Made by a program: the position numbers and the translations under genes | The notes under the pieces: model-generated | What the model saw: only the letters and a program-made list of their open reading frames with translations | Database searches by the model: none | What the model was told of the DNA's origin: nothing | Source of the DNA: Eledone cirrhosa | Lineage: Eukaryota | DNA: 64,000 nucleotides | Direction of reading: 5' to 3' | Assembly (NCBI GenBank): GCA_964016885.1 | Contig: OZ024741.1 | Location: 287,494,001 to 287,558,000, forward strand | Shown here: positions 27,644 through 38,300 of the stretch, piece by piece | Layout: each line of letters opens with the position of its first letter | Position numbering within the stretch: position 1 is the stretch's first letter

Positions 27644-30600
27644 TTACAGATATATACTCAGAGTCGGCCCATTCACTCGGGCCATTCTTGCTTCTCTCAC
27701 CCATCTTTCAACAAAATGCTGGGAAGAGAGCACTTCCTTCTCTACTCTGATTTTCCTTTTCAAATGAAATTTGAAAAAGTCAATCAGAGCATCACCGAAG
27801 AGGTAAGTGCTCGTCTTCAGCCCTTTCAAACGTGTCCACCATACTATCTCTTTCGCCATGGCCACCAGACAGATAAAAACTGCCTGCCCTTCCCGGCTAA
27901 AGGAGGAGGGCGGGGCAATCCTCACGATAGACTCAGATGATAGCTGGATCCGTCCTAAACGCGACAGCAGGTGTTCGACATAAACCCACAAGTCAGCAAT
28001 TTTCGGACACTGGACGAGTGCGTGCAGGACGGTTTCGTCGCCCTGCGCGCATCTCGGACATGCCCGGCTGACGGCACCTCCATGCCTGTAGAGTTTATCC
28101 CGAACTGGCAAGGCTCCTCGGTAGCACTGCCAGGCCAGAGATTTCTGGAAGTTGTCCATAGGCCCTGGCCCGAAAGTTCTTCCGAAGAGATTGGCTAGTT
28201 GATTTTCGTCGACGCCTAGAGTTTCCCCAAGTACGTCGTCGCTCTTCCCCTCCACTAATCCTCTATAGAACGCCGAGGTGGAGTTTCCACCGATCACATT
28301 GCCCGATTGGTCGAGGGCTGTGAGCGCCTGAAGACATTCCAGTCTCCAGGCGCTCCCTCTCGGTCTTCGCTTGACCCAGGACTGCAGCTCCGTCAAGGAA
28401 ACGAGCTGGGGAAAAACGCGTCTAGCAAACGGCGACCACACCTGATCACCGTCGAGGAAGAGGTGGAGATGTCGTAGCCTGAGCGCGTGCCTGCGCATCA
28501 TCAGCCACGGCATGCCCAGCCCTCCACGTAGCGGGTGTTGACAACAGATGGACCGCCTGACCATCGGAGCACGTCCCTTCCACAAAAAGCGAAAGAGCAA
28601 ACGCTCCAGCGCAGTCAGGCGAGGCTTAGGACAAGGTACGACGGTTAGGCGGTAGCAGATGACAGACGCGATGTACGCGTTAGCCACCTCCGCTCGACCT
28701 TTCAGGGATAGCTTCCTCTCCGCCCATTTCTGGGTGAGAGAAGCCACCCTGCTCGTCACCTCGTCCCAGTTTTTGTCCGTCTGGAGGTCCGGACCGAACC
28801 AGACCCCTAGCAATTTAACCGGTCCGTCCGTCCAGCGCCCGACGACGCTGTTGGACGGCATGGACCTGCCTCTCCAGGTGCCGAGCTGCAGGCCCACTGA
28901 CTTTTCCTGGTTGATCATTGCTCCTGTCACCGCTTCGTATTCTCTTAGTGTAGTGCCGATCGCCTCGATGTGTTTGGCGTTCGACACCACTACAGTGACA
29001 TCGTCCGCATATGCTGACACGGATCTTCCGCATCCTAGTTCGCGCGGGACTCCCCTCAACGTCTCCAGTTTGTGCAGTAATGGCTCGAGAGTCAATACGT
29101 ACAAGAGGGACGAGAGGGGACATCCTTGGCGGACCGAGCGCATGATGTTGAACGGTTCCGACAGGTGACCGTTCACTCTCACCACAGAGCAGATGTCGCT
29201 GTGCATGGCAGCGATCCAGCCTCTGAAGACGGGCCCAAAGCCAGCCGCCCTCAGGACTGCCGCTAGGTAACGATGGTCGACCCTATCGAAAGCTTTCGAC
29301 TGATCTAAATTGATCAAGGACCCACCCGTGCCAGGTTCCCTAGCTACCCTCTCTACGATGTATCGCATGAGGTGGAGGTTGTCGTGGATGGATCTGTCGG
29401 GAATGGCGCATGTCTGCGCCTCTCCCACCAGACCACCAACGACAAGCGCCAACCTCTTTGCTAGCACCTTGGCCAAAATCTTAAACTCTGTGTTTAGCAG
29501 AGTTATGGGCCGGAAATTGTCTATGTTATCCCCCTTGTTCGGATCCTTTCTCAGCAGTGCCACCGCTCCTCGGCTCACAGAACTGGGAATTCTCCCGTTC
29601 TGTTGCCAGTTGCAGTAGACGTCCGCCAAGAGGCCTCCGAACAAGTCTGGCATCTGTACGTAAAGTTCATAGGGCAGACCATCCAAACCAGGCGATTTAC
29701 CCCTTGTGCAGCCAGTCATTGCCTCCCTTACTTCAGCGGCTGTTATCGGCTTTTCGCAACACTTCGCCTCAGTGGCCGAGAGCCGCGGCAGTCCGTCGAG
29801 GTAGACACTAAAGTCCATCCCTCTACCCGGCCCCCCGCTGCCCCCGAACAGCTGAGCGAAGTGTCGCTGAAAAGCTTCACACATTTGCCCGGGATCGAGT
29901 AGCATGCGCCCGTCGTGGTCCACCAAAGACCGGATCGTGGCTTTGTTGCCACGACGCGCCTCCGCCACTCGGGCCCATTGAACGGCTTTCGTCCCCTCGT
30001 GTCTGAGAGCACGCACCCTAGCCCTGACAACGCAGCCTTCGTGCTTTGCATTGAAGAATTGGTCAAGGGCCAATTTCGCCGCAAGCACGTCGGTCGCAAT
30101 GCCTTTGCTAAGCGCCTCGTCTAATTTTCTAACTAGTTCTCCCTCTGCTCTATTTTTCTCTATTGCTAAAGCCTTACTAAACCTAATCGATTCTATTCTA
30201 ATCGCTCTTTTCAGAGCAAACCACCACTTGTTGTTGACGATGGCCCCCGTCAACGCCCGCTTAACTAGTTCGCTAATCCGGTCTCTGTAGGCCTTGCGCG
30301 CTGGTAAGGACGCGTTTAGCTTCCAGTAGCCGGGTCCTCGTCTATGAAGCCTATCTAAGTCAAGCACACAGATCACGAATTTGTGGTCCGTGTAGCTGAC
30401 TATCTTGAATTGTGGACAGCCTATGCTAGACCTATCTATTTCCCTACAAAATACTCTATCTAGATATGATCTGGATGACCCTATGCGGTTTGTCCAAGTC
30501 CACATTGGCACATTCGGGAAATCCAATCGGTACCTGTCAGACAGTTCAAAACGCCTGAGCAGGTTGGTGAGGCTCTTGCACCCTCCACCCCTATCCGCTA

Positions 30601-31063
30601 ATCCCACACAGTCCCAGCGTGCATCTAAGATCCCGTTCCAGTCGCCCACTAACACTAAAGAGCGCGACGTTCCAAGAAAGGTCTCCAGACGCCGGAAGAA
30701 ATCAGGCCGCCCTGCTCCTGTCGGGGCATAGACGGCCACTAGCCTGAAAGCTTGCCCGTCTCCGCTGGTCACGTCCAGCACCACCAGCTTACCCTCTGGG
30801 TCCAGGAAGATGGCCCGTATGGCGAGATCCAAACCTCTCCGAAAAAGCACAGCAACTCCTCCACCCGATCCAGGACGGCTGGGAGATGCGTACACATCGT
30901 AGCCGCCGAAGATCGGTGCGAAGGCCCGTGCTTCGGAGATTCTGGTCTCGCTGATGGCCACTACATCTATGTTTAGTGACCTGAGGTCGTTGAGCAGGTG
31001 ACCCTGCTTCCATGACGACCCCAAGCCACGCGCATTTATGCTGCCTATTCTGAGTGAGGTCAT
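27644..31063 (-). CDS. ORF2, 1139 aa: APE endonuclease, reverse transcriptase and C-terminal Cys/His finger
   Basis: SINARGL, ISET, VGDWN, YLDR, TDH (APE); KSPGLDG, FRPITLLN, DQSKAFDRVDH, RQGCPLS, AYADD (RT); CPRC..HALVQC. Confidence 0.95.
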   Translation of the reverse strand: MTSLRIGSINARGLGSSWKQGHLLNDLRSLNIDVVAISETRISEARAFAPIFGGYDVYASPSRPGSGGGVAVLFRRGLDLAIRAIFLDPEGKLVVLDVTSGDGQAFRLVAVYAPTGAGRPDFFRRLETFLGTSRSLVLVGDWNGILDARWDCVGLADRGGGCKSLTNLLRRFELSDRYRLDFPNVPMWTWTNRIGSSRSYLDRVFCREIDRSSIGCPQFKIVSYTDHKFVICVLDLDRLHRRGPGYWKLNASLPARKAYRDRISELVKRALTGAIVNNKWWFALKRAIRIESIRFSKALAIEKNRAEGELVRKLDEALSKGIATDVLAAKLALDQFFNAKHEGCVVRARVRALRHEGTKAVQWARVAEARRGNKATIRSLVDHDGRMLLDPGQMCEAFQRHFAQLFGGSGGPGRGMDFSVYLDGLPRLSATEAKCCEKPITAAEVREAMTGCTRGKSPGLDGLPYELYVQMPDLFGGLLADVYCNWQQNGRIPSSVSRGAVALLRKDPNKGDNIDNFRPITLLNTEFKILAKVLAKRLALVVGGLVGEAQTCAIPDRSIHDNLHLMRYIVERVAREPGTGGSLINLDQSKAFDRVDHRYLAAVLRAAGFGPVFRGWIAAMHSDICSVVRVNGHLSEPFNIMRSVRQGCPLSSLLYVLTLEPLLHKLETLRGVPRELGCGRSVSAYADDVTVVVSNAKHIEAIGTTLREYEAVTGAMINQEKSVGLQLGTWRGRSMPSNSVVGRWTDGPVKLLGVWFGPDLQTDKNWDEVTSRVASLTQKWAERKLSLKGRAEVANAYIASVICYRLTVVPCPKPRLTALERLLFRFLWKGRAPMVRRSICCQHPLRGGLGMPWLMMRRHALRLRHLHLFLDGDQVWSPFARRVFPQLVSLTELQSWVKRRPRGSAWRLECLQALTALDQSGNVIGGNSTSAFYRGLVEGKSDDVLGETLGVDENQLANLFGRTFGPGPMDNFQKSLAWQCYRGALPVRDKLYRHGGAVSRACPRCAQGDETVLHALVQCPKIADLWVYVEHLLSRLGRIQLSSESIVRIAPPSSFSREGQAVFICLVAMAKEIVWWTRLKGLKTSTYLFGDALIDFFKFHLKRKIRVEKEVLSSQHFVERWVREARMARVNGPTLSIYL

Positions 31064-31098
31064 GTTTAAAATAGAGTGGAAAAGATGGGAAAGACCAC

Positions 31099-33198
31099 TT
31101 ACCGTATTTTTGGTAGAGGAGGGATGGTTTTTACATCCCTTTTCACTTGATCGTCTGGTGAAGGGACCGTTGAATCGTCCCTTCGGCTGGTCGTCGGCTC
31201 TTCTAAGAGAATGTCTGAATATACTCTTCGATTAATGGTTCCTCCTAGGTCCCTGAAATCACCAACTGCGTTGGGGAATTTCGTTTTAATGTTTGTGTAT
31301 TGTTTCTGTGCTATTTTTAGCAGTCTTATGTTAGTTGGCGTTTTGATTGGTGCTGGTATTATGTAGTCCTGTTGTGAAATGTCTGTGTGTTCAATTATGT
31401 AAGTCATTAGTTTCTTGTTGTGTGTGTTTATTGCCGTGCATTTGTTTTTCTGGGGGTGGGGTGTGGTTCTGCTATTTTCTTGTCGTTGTTGCTGGGTGTG
31501 TGTGTTTTGTTGTTGTGTTTGCGATGTTGGTGCTTGTGGTGGTGGTGTTGAAGGTGTTGTTGGCGGTGGGGTTGTCGCCGGTGGTGATGGTGGTGCTGGT
31601 GTGGGTGGTGATGGTGTTGGTGGTGTTGCTGCTGTGGGTCTCTTTGCAGTAGACTTTACCCTTTTCTCATTTCTTTCCTCCCTTTTCAAAGGCGACGATG
31701 CGCTGCTTCTGCGTTTGTGCCTTCTTGAGACCTTTTGCCATCCCTCTCCCACCTCACACTCCATGTCTGATTCTGTAAGGTCGGGGAGGGGTACCAGCTC
31801 CACTCTTTCACTTGTTGTTGTTGGTGATGTTTGCACTGGAGTCTCTGTTGCAGCTGCATTTGGTATTGCTGTTGTTGTTGTTAATATTTCCACTGCTGCT
31901 GCTGTCTTTGATTTCCGTGGAGTGGGTATGGGTGCCACGGACCTATCGTTCCTGGTTGCCGCTTGTCCTGTTGCTGGTAGCCGTGGAACCGGATTCGGGA
32001 GGAGGGGGGTTTTCTCCTTTCTCAGGGTCTTCTCGTTGCAGAAGGCCCTGAGGTGAGTCTTCGATCCACAGCGAAAGCATTTCGGGCGTTTGCCCTCAAC
32101 ACTTATGGGCAGTTGAGTGCCGTTATCGAAGTCTATCACATCCGGGATAGCTTCGATGCACTCCTGGTTGGTTTGGATTAGCATCTCAATGGAGGAGCCG
32201 ACCCAATCTTCTCTTACTTTTTTCTGTACTTGCAGTACAGTTGTTTTGTCCTCGATTCCGACGAGGACAGACGCGGCCAGCCAAGAAGGGGTCATTCCGG
32301 GGGGGACGTGGGTCAGTTTGACCCTCACAATTTTTTGCCCGCAGTAGGAGGGCACCAACACCATTTCCTCGCTCCTTAGGGTCACTACTGATTGGGCCTT
32401 TGCCTCCTGGGGTGTGGCAAAAAGTACGTCTACGGTGGCGTATTTTTTGCCTCGGGTGATGTGCGTTTTCCTCTGCCACACAGACCCCAAGGCTTTTTGT
32501 ATTTGGGCCTCTGTGGCTCTTTCCACCCTACGGGATTTTGTACTTACTGTACGGTACGTGACCGTACAGTGCTCTTGGGTTTCGAAAAAATTTTTCGCTG
32601 CCTTGCAGATTGCTCGGTGTCCGTTCTTTGTCACCATCTTCTTCGCTTCCTCTAATTCCTCATTTGTTATGAGGATTGTTTCCAGGTTTTTCGCAATACC
32701 TGCAAATGAGATTGGTTTTTCTCTGCTGTTGTTGTTGTCGTCAGAGCTGCTGGTACTTTTGTTGTTGCTGCAGGTACTACGACTACTGCCTCCGCCGCTG
32801 TTGCTGTGGTTGTTGTTGGTGTTGCTGCTGCTAATGCTGTTGTTGTTTATGCTGCTGGTGATGCTGTTGCGGCTGCTACTGTTGTTTTCATTGTCACTGT
32901 TGCTGTTGTTATTACGGCTGCTACTGCTATTATTCCTGACGTCAGACGAATGAACTGGGTTTTCGTATTTCCCGCACACCTGTTTCGTCGCTGTCGTCGT
33001 CGTCGTGGAGAAACCTTGCACGCTTTGCACGAGACTTTTCTTTTCTTTCGTCGCTTGCGAAAGAGAAGGTAGGGAGAGAGACACATTTAAAGAAGGGAGG
33101 GAGAGAGACAATCTTCTCTCTCCTGTAGTGATGATTGAGGAAGAAGAAGACGGAATGAGTGGGAGTGACGTATGAAATTTTTTTTTTTTGGTAGCCAT
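31099..33198 (-). CDS. ORF1, ~699 aa from MATKK: gag-like protein with one CCHC zinc knuckle and low-complexity regions
   Basis: CFRCGSKTHLRAFC knuckle; lies upstream of ORF2; homologous ORFs in copies 1 and 3. Confidence 0.85.
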   Translation of the reverse strand: MATKKKKFHTSLPLIPSSSSSIITTGERRLSLSLPSLNVSLSLPSLSQATKEKKSLVQSVQGFSTTTTTATKQVCGKYENPVHSSDVRNNSSSSRNNNSNSDNENNSSSRNSITSSINNNSISSSNTNNNHSNSGGGSSRSTCSNNKSTSSSDDNNNSREKPISFAGIAKNLETILITNEELEEAKKMVTKNGHRAICKAAKNFFETQEHCTVTYRTVSTKSRRVERATEAQIQKALGSVWQRKTHITRGKKYATVDVLFATPQEAKAQSVVTLRSEEMVLVPSYCGQKIVRVKLTHVPPGMTPSWLAASVLVGIEDKTTVLQVQKKVREDWVGSSIEMLIQTNQECIEAIPDVIDFDNGTQLPISVEGKRPKCFRCGSKTHLRAFCNEKTLRKEKTPLLPNPVPRLPATGQAATRNDRSVAPIPTPRKSKTAAAVEILTTTTAIPNAAATETPVQTSPTTTSERVELVPLPDLTESDMECEVGEGWQKVSRRHKRRSSASSPLKREERNEKRVKSTAKRPTAATPPTPSPPTPAPPSPPATTPPPTTPSTPPPQAPTSQTQQQNTHTQQQRQENSRTTPHPQKNKCTAINTHNKKLMTYIIEHTDISQQDYIIPAPIKTPTNIRLLKIAQKQYTNIKTKFPNAVGDFRDLGGTINRRVYSDILLEEPTTSRRDDSTVPSPDDQVKRDVKTIPPLPKIR

Positions 33199-33411
33199 GT
33201 TTTTTTGTTTAAAATGAAATTTTGGGTACAAAACCCCAATAACTGGCTATTTAACCCCGAAGGGCCAAATAACGGACAGAAAGACCCCTCTCACGAGGAG
33301 GAGGGTGTCTTTATCAACAATTTGGTTCAAGTTTTAAACAATTTACAATTGTTTTAACGGTTAAAAATTACTATACCTTACAGAGCCGAGCCTCCGTCAA
33401 CCATGGCATTC

Positions 33412-33465
<54 letters not shown>

Positions 33466-33469
<4 letters not shown>

Positions 33470-34163
33470 CGAAGTGGTTGAAGCACCATATCTACAAGGA
33501 GGAGGCTAGCCCACTGTGCAGGATCTGTGGAGAGAGAGAGGAGACTGTGGCTCACATTGTGTCCGAGTGTAAACACCTAGCCCAGACCCACTATAAGGGC
33601 TGGAGACACGATGTGATGGGCAGGGTGATCCACTGGCACCTGTGCAAAGTAAACAATCTACCATATTCTGAGAAATGGTATGAGCATAGGCCAGAGGCGG
33701 TGATGGAGAACAGTCAGGTGAAGGTGCTGTGGGATTTTAGGATACAGACGGACAAAAAACTGGAACACAATAGACCTGACCTGGTGGTTGTGGACAAAGA
33801 AAAAAGATCGTGCCTGATTGTGGATGTGGCCTGCCCGTTCGACACGAGAGTGCAAGAGAAGGAGAGGGAGAAAATTAACCGATACCAGGACCTAAAGTGG
33901 GAGGTGAAAAGGATTTGGAACTGCCATGAAGTCAAAGTGATCCCGATTGTCATAGGCGCACTGGGGACTATCTCCAAAGGTTTCCAGGGATGGTTAAAGA
34001 AAATCGGCCCCTTCACGCTTTTTGGAACGCTTCAAAAGGCATGCTTGCTTGGAACGGCAAGAACCCTCCGATACGTCCTGAATATCTGAGGCTGCAGGTA
34101 GTGGCTTGATATTCAATCCAACGGACTTTCCAGTTAACCAACATCAATGACTGAGATTCAAGG
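33466..34163 (+). mobile_element. R4/Dong-type family B, 3' fragment in (AAT)n
   Basis: CRICGEREETVAHIVSEC, RHD, HNRPDLVVVD..IVDVACP..PIVIGALG. Confidence 0.9.
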
Positions 34164-34175
34164 AATAACAATAAC

Positions 34176-34209
<34 letters not shown>

Positions 34210-34210
<1 letters not shown>

Positions 34211-35288
34211 GGAAGCTATTGACTATCTACAATATGTTCCACAAGAGGAGTGATGTCGATAGACTCTACTTAAGGAGATCTGAAGGTGGAAGAGGTCTTA
34301 TCAGCATAGAAGACTGTGTTCAGATGGAGAAAAACAACCTACACAAATACGTGACTGATAGTAAGGAGCCAATGCTCAGAACTGTACTGAAGGAGGGGAC
34401 AATAGGCCAGGGGATGTCCAAGGAGGAAATAACATCAAGGAGAAAGAGCAGCCTTCAGGAAAAATCCCTTCATAGTACCTTCTTTGAGAAAACTGAATTT
34501 AGAGATCCACAGACATGGAACTGGTTGAAAAGAGGAGACCTTAAAAAGGCTACAGAAGGAATGTTAATGGCTGCGCAGGAGCAGGCCCTCAAAACGAAGT
34601 GGTCGAAATACCATATTTACAAGGAGGAGGCTAGCCCACTGTGCAGGATCTGTGGAGAGAGAGAGGAGACTGTGGCTCACATTGTATCCGAGTGTAAACA
34701 CCTAGCCCAGACTCACTATAAGGGCTGGAGACATGATGTGATGAGCAGAGTGATCCACTGGCACCTATGCAAAATAAACAATTTACCACATTCTGAGAAG
34801 TGGTATGAACATGAGCCAGAGGCGGTGATAGAAAACGATCAGGTGAAGGTGCTGTGGGATTTTAGGATACAGACGGACAAGAAACTGGAACACAATAGAC
34901 CTGACCTGGTGGTTTTGGACAAAGAAAAAAGATCGTGCCTGATTGTGGATGTGGCCTGCCCATTCGACACGAGAGTGCAAGAGAAGGAGAGGGAGAAAAT
35001 TAACCGATGCCAGGACTTAAAGTGGGAGGTAAAAAGGATTTGGAACTGCCATGAAGTCAAAGTGATCCCGATTGTCTTAGGCGCACTAGGGACTATCTCA
35101 AAATGTTTCCAGGGATGGTTAAAGAAAATTGGCCCCTTCAGGCTTTTTGGAACGCTCCAAAAGGCATGCTTGCTGGGAACAGCAAGAACCCTCTGATACG
35201 TCCTGAATATCTGAGGCTGCAGGTAGTGGCTTGATATTCATTTCAATAAACTTTCCAGTTAACTAACATCAATGACTGAGACTCAAAA
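34210..35288 (+). mobile_element. R4/Dong-type family B, 3' fragment in (AAT)n
   Basis: RLYLRRSEGGRGL, AAQEQAL, CCHC and RLE motifs; same 3' end as 33466-34163. Confidence 0.9.
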
Positions 35289-35321
<33 letters not shown>

Positions 35322-35323
<2 letters not shown>

Positions 35324-38300
35324 TTTCTTTATTGGCCACAAGGGCTGACATCAAGAAAAACATCACAGACGGAACAGGACGATACGATGTGGGTTTTGTG
35401 CGTGTAAATATTTGTATTATTTATATAAGAAAAGAAAAAAGACATAAAACACATATATATATAAACAATAAAATGAAAATTGAAACAATGAAAAATTCCC
35501 CAATAGGGGGGAAACCTCCGAGGGTTACTCGTGGCGAAAACCACACAAAAGACCACGGCCACCCTGAATATCAGGGCAAGCGCCCTCTCTCAATTTTTCC
35601 ATCTCTCAAACTACAGACGTATATTCAGACCATTCTCGCTACATTCACCCACCTTTCAACAAACTTGCTAGAAAGCAGCACTTGCCTCTCCACCCTGATT
35701 TTCCTCTTCAAGTGAAACTTGAAAAAGTTAATCAGGGATTCGCCGAAGAGGAAAGTGTTTGTCTTTAATCCTTTTAACCTTGTTCACCACACAATCTCTT
35801 TCGCCATGGCCACCAGGCAGATGAAAACCGCCTGCCCTTCCTCCTCAAAGGAAGACGGCGAGACCATCTGCACAATGGACTCAGTCGACAACCGGATCAG
35901 TCCCACACGTGACAACAACTGTTCGACATAGCTCCACAAGTCAGCAATGCTCGGGCACTGAACGAGTGCGTGCACAACGGTTTTGTCGCTATGCGCGCAT
36001 CTCGGACAGGCTCGGCTGACGGCACTTCCGTGCCTGTAGAGCTTATCTCGAACCGGCAGCGCTCCCCGGTATCACTGCCAGGCCAGAGATTTTTGGAAGT
36101 TATCCATAGGCCCCGGGCTGAAAGTTCTCCGGAAGAGAGCAAGCAGCTGATCTTCTTCGATGCCCAGGATCTCTCCGAGAATGTCGTCGCTCTTCCCCTC
36201 CACTAGTCCTCTATAGAACGCCGAGGTCGATGTTCCACCGATACTGGTGCCCAACTGGGAGAGGGCAGTGAGCACCTGGAGACATTCCAGTTTCCTAGCG
36301 CTATCCCTCGGTCTTTTTCTGACTCAGGACTGCAGCTCCGTCAAGGAGACGAGCTGTGGGAAAATGTGCCTGGCGAACGGCGACCACACCCGTTCACCAT
36401 CAAGGAAGCACCAGAGATGTCGCAGCCTCAGCGCATGTTTGCGAATCATCAGCCATGGCATGCCCAGTCCTCCAGGCAACGAGTGTTGACAGCAGATGGA
36501 TCGTCTGACCATGGGAGAGCGTCCCTTCCACATAATTTTGGTGAGAGTTGTGCTGGAGCAAGGGACGACGGTGAGGCGGTAGCAGATGACGGATGCGATG
36601 TACGCATTCGCCACTTCCGCCCGGCCTTTCAGGGACAGCTTCCTCTCAGCCCATTTCTGGGTGAGGGAGGCCACCTTGCTCGTCACCTCGTTCCAGTTTT
36701 TCTCCATCTGGAGGACCGGTCCGAACCAGACCCCGAGCAATTTAACCGGTCCGTCCGTCCAACGCCCCACGAGGCTATCGGACGGCATGGACTTGCCTCT
36801 CCAGGTACCTAGCTGCAAGCCCACCGACTTTTCCTGGTTTATCTTTGCTCCTGTCACCGTTTCGTATTCCTGGACGTGTCTGGTGCTCGACACCACCACG
36901 GTGACGTCGTCAGCGAAAGCTGAATCGGATTTCCCGCATCCTAGTTCGCGTGGGGCGCCCCTCATCGTCCCCAGTTTGTGCAGTAACGGCTCGAGAGCCA
37001 ATACGTACAAGAGGGACGAGAGGGGACAACCCTGGCGGACTGAGCGCATGATGCTGAACGGCTGCGACAGGTGACCGTTCACCCTCACAACTGAGCAGAT
37101 GTCGCTGTACATTGCTGCGATCCAACCCCTGAAAACGGGCCCGAAGCCGGCTGCCTCGAGGACCGCCGCCAGCTACCGATGGTCGACCCTATCGAATGCT
37201 TTGGATTGATCCAAGTTGATCAGGGCCCCACCCGTGACAGGTTCCTTAACCACCCTCTCTACGATGTATCGCATGAGGTGGAGGTTGTCGTGTATGAATC
37301 TGTCCGGGATGGCGCATGTCTGCGCCTCTCCCACCACCCCTTGACGACAAGCGCCAACCTCGTTGCTAACACCTTGACCAAAATCTTGAACTCTGCGTTT
37401 AACAGAGTTATGGGCCTGAAATTATCAATAACATCCCCCTTGTTCGGGTCTTTTCTCAGCAGCGCCACTGCTCCCCGGCTCACAAAACTGGGAATGCTCC
37501 CGTTCTGCTGCCAGTTGCAGTAGACGTCTGCCAAGAGGTCACCGAACAAGTCTGGCATAAATGCATAAAGCTCGTAGGGCAGACCATCTAAACCTGGCGA
37601 TTTACCTCTTGTGCAGTTAGCCATCGCTTCCCGTATTTCACCGCTGTTATTGGCTTTTCGCAACACTGTGCTGCGGTCGTCGAGAGCCGAGGCAGTCCGT
37701 CGAGGTATGCACTGAAGTCCATGTCCCGATCCGGGCCGCCGCCGCTCTCGAACAGTTCAGCAAAGTGCTGCTGAAAAGCTTCACACATCCGCTCGTGCTC
37801 GAGCATCACGCACCCGTTTTGGTCAGACAAAGACCGAATTGTGGCTTTATTGCCACGTCGCGCCTCTGCCACCCGGGCCCATTGGACGGCTTTTGTCCCC
37901 TCGTGTTTCAGAGCACGCGCTCTAGCTCTGACAACGCAGCCTTCGTGTTTTGCGTTGAAGAATTGGTCGAGTGCCAATCTCGCCGCAAGCACGTCGGTTG
38001 CGATGCCTGTCCTAAACGCCTCTTCTAGCTTTCTGACTATCTCTCCCGCTACTCTATTTTCCTCTATCACTACTCCTTTGCTAAACCTAATCGACTCTAC
38101 TTTAATTGCCCTTTTCAGGGCGAACCACCACCTGTTGTTGACGACCGCTCCCGTCAACGCCCACTTAACTAATATGCTAATCCGGTCTCTGTAGGCCTTG
38201 CGCGTCGGGAAAGACGCGTTCAGCTTCCAGTAACCAGGCCCTTGTCTATGAAGTCTGTCTATATCGATCTCACAGATCACAAATTTGTGGTCTGTGCAGT

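Larger units (their letters stand above)
27383..33411 (-). mobile_element. Full-length Tx1/L1-type LINE, copy 2 (both ORFs intact), flanked by (AAT)n
   Basis: 5'UTR, ORF1, ORF2 and 3'UTR ending AATAAAGAAATC-(ATT)n. Confidence 0.95.

Noticed and set aside
33280-33312. TCCTCGT (HDV L3-like) in the Tx1 5'UTR
   Set aside because: P3 does not pair and copy 1 lacks the motif.
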